A stretch of DNA of 64,000 nucleotides from positions 13,277 to 77,276 of the forward strand of contig PHBS01000001.1 in the NCBI GenBank assembly GCA_002841995.1, written 5' to 3'. This document shows positions 15,305 through 25,034 of the stretch, piece by piece; position 1 is the first letter of the stretch; each line of letters starts with the position of its first letter. Below the pieces are notes generated by a model. That model did no database searches, was not told the DNA's origin, and saw nothing but the letters and a program-made list of their open reading frames with translations. This DNA comes from Chloroflexi bacterium HGW-Chloroflexi-8 (lineage in GTDB: Bacteria; Chloroflexota; Anaerolineae; Anaerolineales; Anaerolineaceae). Both the position numbers and the translations under genes were made by a program.

Positions 15305-17752
15305 ATGAATCGAATTTGGAAAATCAGATATTTGATTATCACATTTCTTTTATCAACGATTTTCTTAAATTCGTGCTCTTTCGTTCAAGGGTCTGGTCAA
15401 CCTGTAGTTAATTACCAAGATCTCCAGCTATACGATGGTGTGACTTATGGACAGAGTTTTTATGCAAAGCATAATGGACTTCAATCGATTAAGATCTATT
15501 TTTTACCGGAAGAAATGGGTGAAGGGGAAATTCATTTATACTTGCGGCACACTTCAACTGATGTCACAAATATCGCAGAGTCAACCATCTTGCGTTCAAA
15601 AATAAATTCAGCAGGGTATTATGAGTTTGTTTTTACAGAACCAAACGAATCATACCTGGCAGGTTTTTATGTATTGATTGACTATGAGGGCAGTGGTAGT
15701 GTAATTGTTGGGTCTGCAGATCAGGCCAATTATGAAGATGGGGCAGGTTTTCTAAATGGTGTAAGTTTTCCACGGCAATTATCATTTACGCTCTCCTACG
15801 CTTTAAAACCAATGTTGATTAGCCTCATGGAGTTATTTCTAACGAAATGGCTTGTCTGGATAATATTATCCTTATTGTTATTTGTATTGCCTGGTTACAC
15901 CATCTTATCATTAGCTCATGTTGATTTTAGAGAAAAATTATTTATTGAGAAGATTGTCTTTTCTATCGGGATAAGTTTATCAATCACACCAATTTTGTTT
16001 TTATGGACATATTTGGTAGGAATCAAATTAGGTTTTTTCTATGCAATTCTTCCAATTATTGGTTCACTCGGCTACTTCATTTACAGACTTATTAAAAACA
16101 AACCAGCATCATCAAAGACGCATTTGAAGGAATTTTTTCATCGAATTGAATTACCAGACCTCATCTTATTTGTCTTGATTGTGCTTTTAATTTTTATCCG
16201 GTTTTGGATTATCCGACCATTGCCATTGCCATTATGGGGAGATTCTTATCAGCACACTCTAATTACTCAATTACTTTTTGAAAATAAGGGTCTTTTTCAA
16301 TCCTGGGAACCGTATTCTGATATTCCCCGATTTACATACCATTTTGGTTTTCATTCAAATGCAGTCAATTTTCAATGGCTGAGTGGTGAGTCAGCAGCCC
16401 AGGCCGTATTGGTATTTGGGCAGATTATTAATATATTGTCCGTCATTGTTCTATATCCAATTGCTGTTTATTTGACTCCCAATAAAAATAAATGGGCAGG
16501 AGTTGTAGCAATTTTAATCGGTGGTTTTTTCTTAAATATGCCCAATTTCTACACAAACTGGGGAAGGTACACCCAATTACTTGGGCAGGTGATTTTACTC
16601 CCTTGTATATTATTTCTTTGGAAAATATTTGATGAAAGAAAATTAGATTGGAAACACCTTGGTATAGCTGCCATTCTGGTTGCGGGAATAGCATTCTCCC
16701 ATTATCGGATATTAGTCATCTTTGTTCTTTTTATCCCAATATTATTGGTAAATAATTTTAGAAATCAAATCAAGAAGAATGTTTTAAATCTGATTTTGAT
16801 AGGATCTGCATCATTTCTTTTATTTCTACCGTGGTTTATCAATGCATTTGGGGGTACCATGGATGAGTTGTTTACGGGGATTTTTCGGTCTTCTCAATCC
16901 CAACTGGTTTCAAGCCCGATGAATTCAATTATTCGTCCAACTTTAGAATCGTCAGGTTTCTATAATTACATTTCTAAAGGTCTTCTGAGTATTCTACTTT
17001 TGGCTGTGGTTTATTTTTTATTCAAAAGAAATGGCAAGGTAGTATCATTTGTAGTCTGGTGGATTTTAGCTTTCATCGCAGGATTTCCTCTCATGTTTTA
17101 CCTTCCAGGAAAAGATATCATCACCGGATTCGCTCTATTAATAGCTCTATACATACCAGCGTCGATTATCTTGGGTAGCTTCATTGGGAGCTTGATTCCT
17201 TCAAATGAAAAATTCCGAAACTTGATTTATTATTCAGGTGCCATAACTTGTATTTTTTTGGCTGTTTGGTTTGGTCGCCAAAGGTTATACGATATTGATC
17301 CAAAGACTTACGCTTTAGCAACTTTTCCGGATCTTAGAGCAGCGGAATGGATTAATGAAAATGTGCCAGATACTGCAAAGATATTTATAAATTTCTTCCC
17401 GGCATTTAATGATTCAGTCATTGTTGGCTCAGATGGGGGATGGTGGCTACCGTATTTGACAAAGAATAAAGTAAATGTGCCTCCATTAAATTATGGCTTT
17501 GAGTTAAGCATTGAACAAAAAAAGATAATCATAAAGGATGCTCTTGAAATGTGGGAAAATGGTCTGGTTTCAGATTTTGGATTAGCAATGCTTGAAAAAG
17601 GAGGCTACGACTATATTTTTATAGGGCAAAAACAAGGCCAAGTAAATAGCCCAATCACTTTTCGGTTAACGGACCAAATGATAAGAGATTCAAATAGATT
17701 TGAATCAATCTATCTTCAAGATCATATCCAATTTTTTAAGGTGGATAAATAG
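15305..17752 (+). CDS. Large polytopic membrane protein, GT-C-like putative glycosyltransferase with an N-terminal extracytoplasmic domain
   Basis: About 815 aa. A signal/lipobox-like N-terminus (FLNSCS) is followed by a soluble domain of about 150 aa, more than 12 TM helices and a C-terminal soluble domain. A GTG at 15299 is an alternative start. Function is inferred from architecture only. Confidence 0.45.
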   Translation: MNRIWKIRYLIITFLLSTIFLNSCSFVQGSGQPVVNYQDLQLYDGVTYGQSFYAKHNGLQSIKIYFLPEEMGEGEIHLYLRHTSTDVTNIAESTILRSKINSAGYYEFVFTEPNESYLAGFYVLIDYEGSGSVIVGSADQANYEDGAGFLNGVSFPRQLSFTLSYALKPMLISLMELFLTKWLVWIILSLLLFVLPGYTILSLAHVDFREKLFIEKIVFSIGISLSITPILFLWTYLVGIKLGFFYAILPIIGSLGYFIYRLIKNKPASSKTHLKEFFHRIELPDLILFVLIVLLIFIRFWIIRPLPLPLWGDSYQHTLITQLLFENKGLFQSWEPYSDIPRFTYHFGFHSNAVNFQWLSGESAAQAVLVFGQIINILSVIVLYPIAVYLTPNKNKWAGVVAILIGGFFLNMPNFYTNWGRYTQLLGQVILLPCILFLWKIFDERKLDWKHLGIAAILVAGIAFSHYRILVIFVLFIPILLVNNFRNQIKKNVLNLILIGSASFLLFLPWFINAFGGTMDELFTGIFRSSQSQLVSSPMNSIIRPTLESSGFYNYISKGLLSILLLAVVYFLFKRNGKVVSFVVWWILAFIAGFPLMFYLPGKDIITGFALLIALYIPASIILGSFIGSLIPSNEKFRNLIYYSGAITCIFLAVWFGRQRLYDIDPKTYALATFPDLRAAEWINENVPDTAKIFINFFPAFNDSVIVGSDGGWWLPYLTKNKVNVPPLNYGFELSIEQKKIIIKDALEMWENGLVSDFGLAMLEKGGYDYIFIGQKQGQVNSPITFRLTDQMIRDSNRFESIYLQDHIQFFKVDK

Positions 17753-17787
17753 AGCCTCTAGAGGTTTAATAACTTGGATTAGAACCT

Positions 17788-18927
17788 ATGGATAATTTGA
17801 CTATTTGTTATTTTGGTACTTATCGAGAAGAATATTCTCGAAATAAAATTATGATTAAAAGCTTAGAAAAACAAGGTGTGAAAATCATATATTGCCACAA
17901 AAGAGTTTGGAATGATATTGATGAAAGGGTTGATGCAGTTAAAAAGGGTTGGTTCAACCTTGGATTATTATTAAGATTCATATCAACATATTTTTCATTA
18001 ATTGTAAAATTTTTTACATTACCAGAATTTGATATATTAATGGTTGGATATCCTGGGCAATTAGATCTTCATGTTGCAAAAATACTAACTTTATTTCGAA
18101 AAAAACCAGTTGTTTGGGATGTTTTTATGTCGATTGCTTTAATTTCTATTGAACGAAATTTAGACAAATACAACAAACCTTTCATCAAGTTCTTGCAAAT
18201 AATAGAAAAAAAAGCTCTCAAATTAGCTGATCTATTAATTTTTGATACTGAAGAATACGCAAATTGGTTTATAAAAACTTACAATCTTAAGAAAATGAAA
18301 TATTTTATAATTCCAACAGGTGCAGATGAAGAAATATTTTCTCTTTGTGAAAACCAATCCAAGAGAAATATCGATCAATTTAAATTAATATATTATGGCA
18401 CTTTCATCCCAAATCATGGTGTACCTTATATTATTGAGGCATCCAAATTCCTGACTTTAGAAAAAAGTATCAAATTTCAATTTATTGGAGAAGGACCGGA
18501 ATTAGAAAAATGCAAGAACTTAGTTGATAAGTATAATTTATCAAACGTAGAATTTATTCCTTGGCAAAACCCGAACCAAATTAAAAAATTTATTGGTGAT
18601 GCTGATATAGTATTAGGAGCTTTTGGCAAAACCCCTCAATCATTGATGACGGTCCAAAATAAAATATATGAAAGCCTTGCAATGGGTAAATTGGTGGTGT
18701 CTGGTGATAGTCCCACTGTAAGAAATCACTTTATTAATGGGCAGGAGATAGTTCTTTGCGACAGAGACAACCCATCAGATTTTGCCAACAAGATAATTGA
18801 ATTAAGAGATAATAAGGAGAAAAGATTCCAAATCGCAGAAAACGGTCATAAGAAATTTACTTCAATGTATTCAATCTTGAAAATAGGTGGAATTCTTGAT
18901 GAAAATCTTCGAGATCTTATTAAATGA
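17788..18927 (+). CDS. Glycosyltransferase, group 1 (GT4-like)
   Basis: GT-B C-terminal block: IGEGPELEKCKNLVDKYNLSNVEFIPW...IYESLAMGKLVVSGD. Confidence 0.8.
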   Translation: MDNLTICYFGTYREEYSRNKIMIKSLEKQGVKIIYCHKRVWNDIDERVDAVKKGWFNLGLLLRFISTYFSLIVKFFTLPEFDILMVGYPGQLDLHVAKILTLFRKKPVVWDVFMSIALISIERNLDKYNKPFIKFLQIIEKKALKLADLLIFDTEEYANWFIKTYNLKKMKYFIIPTGADEEIFSLCENQSKRNIDQFKLIYYGTFIPNHGVPYIIEASKFLTLEKSIKFQFIGEGPELEKCKNLVDKYNLSNVEFIPWQNPNQIKKFIGDADIVLGAFGKTPQSLMTVQNKIYESLAMGKLVVSGDSPTVRNHFINGQEIVLCDRDNPSDFANKIIELRDNKEKRFQIAENGHKKFTSMYSILKIGGILDENLRDLIK

Positions 18928-19811
18928 ATGTATCTATAATAATCCCAACTTATAAATCTCCTACCTTATTGGAAGCTATTGAATCAGTAATCAATCAATC
19001 AAATCTTATAGATTTTGAAATAATTGTTGTCGGGGTTGATGAAATGTCATCAATGAGCCGATATAAACAGGTGAAATTTGTAAACACTGAAGAAAAGTGT
19101 CCACCTGCAAAAGCAAGAAATATTGGATCTACAAACTCTGTTGGTGAAATTCTCGTATTTTTGGATTCGGATTGTGTAGCACCAATTGGTTGGTTGGAAA
19201 AATTAATTGAACCATTTATTAATTCAGATATTATAGCAGTTGGTGGAGGAGTAAAATTCTTTATAGATAAGTATTGGGTGGTCGCAGATAATTTGTCAAT
19301 GTTTCATTCATTTTTGTGGACAGGAGATTATAAAAAGGTAACCCAATTACCAAGTTTAAACTTAGCAATAAGGAAAAATCATTTTATTTCAATTAATGGA
19401 TTTGATGAAAAGTTTGAATTTCCATCAGGAGAAGATTTTGAAATGATGACCCGATTATCTCAACTTGGTCAAATTATCTTTTCTCCTGATGCATGGGTTT
19501 TTCATAAACCGCAAAGGTCAAATTTAATTGCCCTAGTTAGACATTCTTTTTTGCAAGGAAAATTTTCAACCAAAATTTTATATAATGACAAAAATATTAT
19601 ATCTAAAATGTTATTTAACCGAATTTCCATATTATTTTTTGCAGTTATTTTTGCCCTAGTAAGAACGATTGTTATTTTTTCAAACAAAGCTGCATTGAAA
19701 TATTTTTACGTTTTTCCAGCCATTTTTATTTCTAAACTCTCTTGGTGTGTGGGAGCTTTTTTTTCACCATGGCATAATAAGGAAAATATAAGTGACAAAA
19801 GTAATTTATGA
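18924..19811 (+). CDS. Glycosyltransferase family 2
   Basis: VSIIIPTYKS, ARNIGS and LVFLDSDCV (DxD) motifs are present. There is an ATGA overlap with the upstream gene. Confidence 0.85.
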   Translation: MNVSIIIPTYKSPTLLEAIESVINQSNLIDFEIIVVGVDEMSSMSRYKQVKFVNTEEKCPPAKARNIGSTNSVGEILVFLDSDCVAPIGWLEKLIEPFINSDIIAVGGGVKFFIDKYWVVADNLSMFHSFLWTGDYKKVTQLPSLNLAIRKNHFISINGFDEKFEFPSGEDFEMMTRLSQLGQIIFSPDAWVFHKPQRSNLIALVRHSFLQGKFSTKILYNDKNIISKMLFNRISILFFAVIFALVRTIVIFSNKAALKYFYVFPAIFISKLSWCVGAFFSPWHNKENISDKSNL

Positions 19812-20529
19812 TAATGATTTTTTTTCAAAACACGATCTTATTTCATATAAGTCTGCTGTTTCTTTTGTTCCAATATTATTTGATTTGTTTGAAATCAATT
19901 CGGTCGTTGATATAGGCTGTGGAATTGGTTCGTGGTTAAAAGCTTTTCAGGATCATGGAGTAACAAATATTAAAGGTTACGATGTATCAAATCTTCAAAA
20001 AAGTGATTATCTTGTACCCTATGAAAACCTAGAACTGAATTTTGATTTTATCTCAAGAGATTTTCCAAATGATAAAAAGTACGATATTTTATTGTGTTTA
20101 GAAGTTGTTGAACATTTGCCAGAAAAAAAATCATTTGAGTTTATTAAGAAGTTAACAGAACTGTCGCCAGTAATCTTGTTCTCGGCTGCTATTCCTGGGC
20201 AATCTGGACATGGTCACATTAATGAGCAATATCCAAGTTTTTGGAATGAAATATTTCAAAAGTTTAGTTTTATAGAAATTGATTTTATAAAACCTCTCAT
20301 TTGGAATAATTACGAAATTGCTTGGTGGTATCGTCAAAATATGACAATATATGTTAATAGAGAGTTATTAATCCAATATCCAAAACTATATCAAATTTCC
20401 AAAAAAATCAATGAACAAACAAATGAGCCAAAATTGATTTTGGTATCCGAGACTATTTTCAAAGAATATAACAAGAAAATAATCAGAAAGATTTTGAATA
20501 AACTTATCAAAAGAAACACTAAAATATGA
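19792..20529 (+). CDS. Class I SAM-dependent methyltransferase
   Basis: VVDIGCGIGSW (motif I) and ILLCLEVVEHL are present. GTG start. Confidence 0.8.
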   Translation: MTKVIYDNDFFSKHDLISYKSAVSFVPILFDLFEINSVVDIGCGIGSWLKAFQDHGVTNIKGYDVSNLQKSDYLVPYENLELNFDFISRDFPNDKKYDILLCLEVVEHLPEKKSFEFIKKLTELSPVILFSAAIPGQSGHGHINEQYPSFWNEIFQKFSFIEIDFIKPLIWNNYEIAWWYRQNMTIYVNRELLIQYPKLYQISKKINEQTNEPKLILVSETIFKEYNKKIIRKILNKLIKRNTKI

Positions 20530-21389
20530 TGGTTAATTTGACTTATACAGTAGTAATTCCTTTTTATAAAAATAAAATTTTTCTGGAAAAAATTTTAGAA
20601 TTGTTATTTGTCCAAACAAAAATTCCTGATGAAATAATTGTCATTGATGATGAATCGAAGGAAGATATAAGAAATATAATTCAGAAATTTAAAGTTAATT
20701 ATTTTAGACAACCGAAAAATAGTGGTGTTGCATCAGCCAGAAACAAGGGGCTTCAATTATCTTCAAGCGATATTACTATATTTTTGGATTCCGACGCAAT
20801 ACCTGAACCCATGTTAATTCAAGCAATTGATAATATTTATAACGAGTTTGGGGAGGATTTTATTGGAGTTGGGGGTAGATCAATTGAATGTAGGATATTG
20901 ACAAAATCTGATAAATGGAGAGCTATTCACCTTTCACAAGATTTTGGTTATTCAATGAAATTAAAAGTACCGTATTTATATGGTGTCTGTTGTTCATACA
21001 AAACTAAAATCTTGTTGGAAATAGGAGGTTTCGACACCTCCTTTAACCAAAATGTTGGTGAGGATTATGAGTTAGGAATTCGACTAAATAAAATGGGTTA
21101 TAAATTATTCTATTCCCCGAATATAGTTGTGAATCACCAACATATGGATTCTTTGGAGTCATTAACTAGATCACAATATCTATGGTCGTATTGGGGTTAC
21201 AAAGCTAACGATAAGGGAAGGATTTCTACAATTCTTCCCTGGCTTGGTCATATCTACCGGGCGATTTGTTTTTCCTTTGAAGATTTGATTATTCATCATG
21301 ATTTTGAGTTATTTATGGTTGGGATTAAAGTATTTACTAACAAGTTTGTTGGATTATTTCATGCTCTTAGAAATAAAAAAAATGATTGA
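20526..21389 (+). CDS. Glycosyltransferase family 2
   Basis: YTVVIPFYKN, IIVIDDESKED, ARNKGL and IFLDSDAIP motifs are present. Confidence 0.85.
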   Translation: MMVNLTYTVVIPFYKNKIFLEKILELLFVQTKIPDEIIVIDDESKEDIRNIIQKFKVNYFRQPKNSGVASARNKGLQLSSSDITIFLDSDAIPEPMLIQAIDNIYNEFGEDFIGVGGRSIECRILTKSDKWRAIHLSQDFGYSMKLKVPYLYGVCCSYKTKILLEIGGFDTSFNQNVGEDYELGIRLNKMGYKLFYSPNIVVNHQHMDSLESLTRSQYLWSYWGYKANDKGRISTILPWLGHIYRAICFSFEDLIIHHDFELFMVGIKVFTNKFVGLFHALRNKKND

Positions 21390-22308
21390 TTTTATTAAAA
21401 GACACATATATTCCAAAAGAATAAAAAGATTAATTAGCATACTGCTGGTTTTCATTGTGGTTCTAATCTTGGGATACTCTTTGTTTATTTCCAAAAATAG
21501 CTTAAAAAATGTTGAATGGAATTTTAATTTTGTATTGTTCCTAAAAACATTCATTTTTTATTCAATTGGCTTAAGTATGATATCAATTGCTTGGTTGTCA
21601 ATAATGAAAAAATTGGGTAATAATGAAAAAACAACAAAGCATTTAATGGTTTTTTTGGGTTCTATTGTTGCCAGGAGAATTCCTTTGCCTATCTGGTATA
21701 TTGGAAGCAGGTTTTATTTTTATGATAATTCATCAGTTACCAAAAAAAAAATTGCTTTCGCTACATTTATAGAAACAGCACTTACAGGTCTTTCTGGAGT
21801 GTTTGTCTTAATTATATTCATGGGTTTTTTTAAAAAAGAAATTATTTTTGGGATAATCTTACTTGTATTTTTGTTCTTATTAATGTATTTTTTTAAAAGA
21901 CGAGGTTTAATTCAATCTTCAATAAATTTTCTTTTAATAAAAATTCATAAAGAACCAATAGAATTAAATTTTCTCACAAAAGATTGGTTAAAATTGTTTT
22001 TCCTCTATGCTACGAGTTGGTTGTTTGCAGGATTTTCATTTTATTTCAGTGTAAAGACAGTTGTTGAAATCACTTTATCTCCCACAACAGGTATATTGTT
22101 TTCAATAATATCAGGTTTGGTAGGTTACATGAGCATGTTGTTACCTGCCGGATTTGGATTAAAAGAATTGACGACAGGTTTTTTGTTTTCCCAGTCAATC
22201 CCAATTGGTTTAGGTATTATTTTAGGAATAATAAATAGAATATTTACCACAATTATTGAAATCGTTTGGAGCCTTATTTTTATGTTCATTAGTCGAAATA
22301 ATCCATAA
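21382..22308 (+). CDS. Flippase-like membrane protein (LPG_synthase_TM / UPF0104 family), second copy
   Basis: Polytopic membrane protein. The start at MIDFIKRHIY overlaps the upstream stop. The topology and length match 6345-7328. Confidence 0.6.
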   Translation: MIDFIKRHIYSKRIKRLISILLVFIVVLILGYSLFISKNSLKNVEWNFNFVLFLKTFIFYSIGLSMISIAWLSIMKKLGNNEKTTKHLMVFLGSIVARRIPLPIWYIGSRFYFYDNSSVTKKKIAFATFIETALTGLSGVFVLIIFMGFFKKEIIFGIILLVFLFLLMYFFKRRGLIQSSINFLLIKIHKEPIELNFLTKDWLKLFFLYATSWLFAGFSFYFSVKTVVEITLSPTTGILFSIISGLVGYMSMLLPAGFGLKELTTGFLFSQSIPIGLGIILGIINRIFTTIIEIVWSLIFMFISRNNP

Positions 22309-22369
22309 GCATTATTGGAACAACAACAAGTTCAGGATATTATTATCAGAGATCAATAAGGAGAGAAAT

Positions 22370-23923
22370 ATGAAAAAGTTCAAATTATCAATAATCATTT
22401 CAATGTTACTTGTAGCGATAATCGTTTCAACATCATCTGCTCAATATTCAGGATTTTCATGGGGAACGACGTATCAAATCGTGAATATTGGTTCGGGCGC
22501 TACCGATATTAGCGTTCGATATTATGATAGTGCAGGAGCAGAAGATGCAGATGCGGCAAGAACGTTCACCGATGTTAATGCTGGTGCTTCGGTGAAGGTA
22601 ATTCAAGTCCGTGATGATACCAGTTTAGGAAATGGATCTTATTCGGCTTTAGTAAGTGCTGGACAACCAGTTGCTGCTATAGTAAATCAGGAGCTTTATC
22701 CGGTTGGGTCTACTAGTCCTCAACCACCCTTTTCTAGTTATTCTGGTATTACTCCAGAACAATCTGGAAATGAAGTATTTCTTCCTGTAGCTATGTATAA
22801 TTATTATACGTATTATACTGAAATAATTATCATGAACACTGAGGGATCTGATGCAACTGGAATTACGATCGATTATTATCCCACGACTGTAAATGGAACC
22901 GTCATGGGAAATCAAGTTCTAAATGTTGCTGTCGATACGCTTAAGCCAAACCAATCTATTACTGTCAGTCAAAAAGAAATGTCCCAATTAGGAATTAGGT
23001 TCTTGGGAAGTGCAGTGGTAGATTCACCAAACGCAAAAGTTGCAGTAGTTGTAAATCAGCATTCTCCTACAAACTACAAATTAATGACCTACAATGGATT
23101 TGTTCAAGGTACAACGAAAGCATATATACCTAACCATATGCGCGGATATTTTGGTTATTACAATTCACTAACGATAGCTAATCCAAATTCATCATCGGCA
23201 TGTGTTAGATTAACTTATTCACCTTCAGGATCGTACAATGTCGTATCAAGTGGATCTGTAGGTTCTGTCAGTGTGGACTACAAGATTGATGGATATAAAA
23301 ATCTAAATCGTTATGATGGACCAACAGCATCTGATAACCAAAGCGATTTGGATGATAGCAATGTGTATACCCGTTTCTTTGGTTCAGTAACAATTGAATC
23401 TATCACGAGTAGTACAACAGTTACGGGCTGTCCCGCATCGGCATTACCAATTGTTGCAATAACAAATGGGGAATCTATATCTGGTTCAAATTTGGATAGC
23501 CAATCGGGTTCTTTCAATGGAATCTCAAATTCTGATGCAACAACCAAATTAGCAAGTCCTATGATTTATTCGGGTTTCTATGGCTATTACACATCGACCG
23601 TAGTCCAAAATACAACCAATATCGAGACTTCTTGTACCTTCACATATACTTCAGATAGTGTCGAAAGCACAATCAAAAATCGAACTGAAGCTTATGTAGC
23701 TACATTACCTGCAAATGGTATCATCAATATTTATGAAGGTACTAAAGGTGGGGCGCGTGGCCATATAAATACAGACACTGACTGGAGTAATGGTACTTAT
23801 GCAAGGTTTAATGGCTCAGTAGTGATTGAATGTGGCCAACCAGTTGTGGGATACGCGAATTTAGAAGCTGATATCTTAATGAAAGATTCGATGTATTCAT
23901 TCAATTTGGTCAACTTGCCTTAA
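22370..23923 (+). CDS. Secreted protein of unknown function built from four tandem repeats of about 110-140 aa
   Basis: An AAGGAG RBS and a signal peptide (MKKFKLSIIISMLLVAIIVSTSSAQ) are present. Recurring blocks are YQIVNIGSGA / YYTEIIIMNTEG / YYNSLTIANPNS / YYTSTVVQNTTN. Each is followed by Y/F-x-(G)S-A/V-V-hydrophobic..PV.A.VNQ-like endings. Confidence 0.75.
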   Translation: MKKFKLSIIISMLLVAIIVSTSSAQYSGFSWGTTYQIVNIGSGATDISVRYYDSAGAEDADAARTFTDVNAGASVKVIQVRDDTSLGNGSYSALVSAGQPVAAIVNQELYPVGSTSPQPPFSSYSGITPEQSGNEVFLPVAMYNYYTYYTEIIIMNTEGSDATGITIDYYPTTVNGTVMGNQVLNVAVDTLKPNQSITVSQKEMSQLGIRFLGSAVVDSPNAKVAVVVNQHSPTNYKLMTYNGFVQGTTKAYIPNHMRGYFGYYNSLTIANPNSSSACVRLTYSPSGSYNVVSSGSVGSVSVDYKIDGYKNLNRYDGPTASDNQSDLDDSNVYTRFFGSVTIESITSSTTVTGCPASALPIVAITNGESISGSNLDSQSGSFNGISNSDATTKLASPMIYSGFYGYYTSTVVQNTTNIETSCTFTYTSDSVESTIKNRTEAYVATLPANGIINIYEGTKGGARGHINTDTDWSNGTYARFNGSVVIECGQPVVGYANLEADILMKDSMYSFNLVNLP

Positions 23924-23944
23924 TTCTTCAATTAATGAGAAAAA

Positions 23945-23979
23945 ATATAGGCTATCATTTGATGATAGCCTATATTTTT
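23945..23979 (+). terminator. Intrinsic terminator after the repeat-protein gene
   Basis: Perfect 14-bp inverted repeat atataggctatcat / atgatagcctatat, followed by TTTT. Confidence 0.65.
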
Positions 23980-23992
23980 GGGAGAAAATCAA

Positions 23993-25027
23993 TTGAAAAA
24001 GAGTTTACTTCTAATTTTTTTGCTTTTTTTGCTTTCATCTTGCACGATGACAAGTAATTTAAATATCAAAAGTGGTGGGGACCAAATATATTACATTTCA
24101 AAACAAAATGAATCAATTAATATTGAGATTCTTAATATCGAAACACGAGAAAAAAACAAACTTATAATTGATGAAGCACCTTTAGGAATGAATCCCTCGG
24201 TACCTGTGTGGTCTAATAGCTTACAATCTTTTCTTATATGCTATTCAAATGACTCAAATTCTGATATTTATTCATTTGATAAAAATGGTAAAAATTTAAA
24301 AAATTTGACAAAATCTGAACATGTATTTGAGAGTACTCCCATTCCCTCCCCAGACGGAAGGTGGATTGCATTTGAACGATTTGAAACAAAATCAGATATT
24401 TGGATAATGGATAAGGATGGGAAGAATGCTAGAAATTTAACAATAAATATGCCCCAAAATCATAATCCTATGTGGTCAAATAACAGCAATGAACTATACT
24501 TTTCATCTAATAAAGAAGGGACTCCAAACATATTTAAAATTAGTTTAGATGGTACCCTTACAAACATTAGTCTTGGAAAGGGTGTTGATGGCACTTTTTC
24601 ATTATCAAGTGACTTAACAAAGATAGTTTTTGATAGTGATAGAGAAGGAAATATGGATATTTTCCTAATGGATTTGGTAACATCAGAAATAATCAATTTG
24701 ACTAAATCCGTTACTGCAGAAAGTGAACCAGTATTCTCAACAGATAATAAATTTATATTATACAGAACTCTTCATGGTATGGTTTTTGATTATTCAGTTT
24801 TTAATATTGACACCAAGGAAATTATGAATTTATCTGTCACTCCAGACAATTTTAGTGGAAATGCAATCTGGAATAATGACTCTTCAAGAATATATGCAAG
24901 TGTCAAAACAAATAATCAATTAGATATATTTTCAGTTAGCATTGAAGATAAAAAAATTCTCAACCTCACAAATACGACAAAAATCGATGAATTTCCACCT
25001 TTATTAGTCAATTTTATTGGAAAATAG
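23993..25027 (+). CDS. TolB-like (PD40 beta-propeller repeat) lipoprotein
   Basis: The start is a TTG 8 nt after a GGAG. Lipobox LLSSC is present. PD40-like repeats are PSPDGRWIAFER..DIWIMDKDGKN, ELYFSSNKEGTPNIFKISLDG and IVFDSDREGNMDIFLMDL. Confidence 0.7.
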   Translation: MKKSLLLIFLLFLLSSCTMTSNLNIKSGGDQIYYISKQNESINIEILNIETREKNKLIIDEAPLGMNPSVPVWSNSLQSFLICYSNDSNSDIYSFDKNGKNLKNLTKSEHVFESTPIPSPDGRWIAFERFETKSDIWIMDKDGKNARNLTINMPQNHNPMWSNNSNELYFSSNKEGTPNIFKISLDGTLTNISLGKGVDGTFSLSSDLTKIVFDSDREGNMDIFLMDLVTSEIINLTKSVTAESEPVFSTDNKFILYRTLHGMVFDYSVFNIDTKEIMNLSVTPDNFSGNAIWNNDSSRIYASVKTNNQLDIFSVSIEDKKILNLTNTTKIDEFPPLLVNFIGK

Positions 25028-25034
25028 ATCTCAG

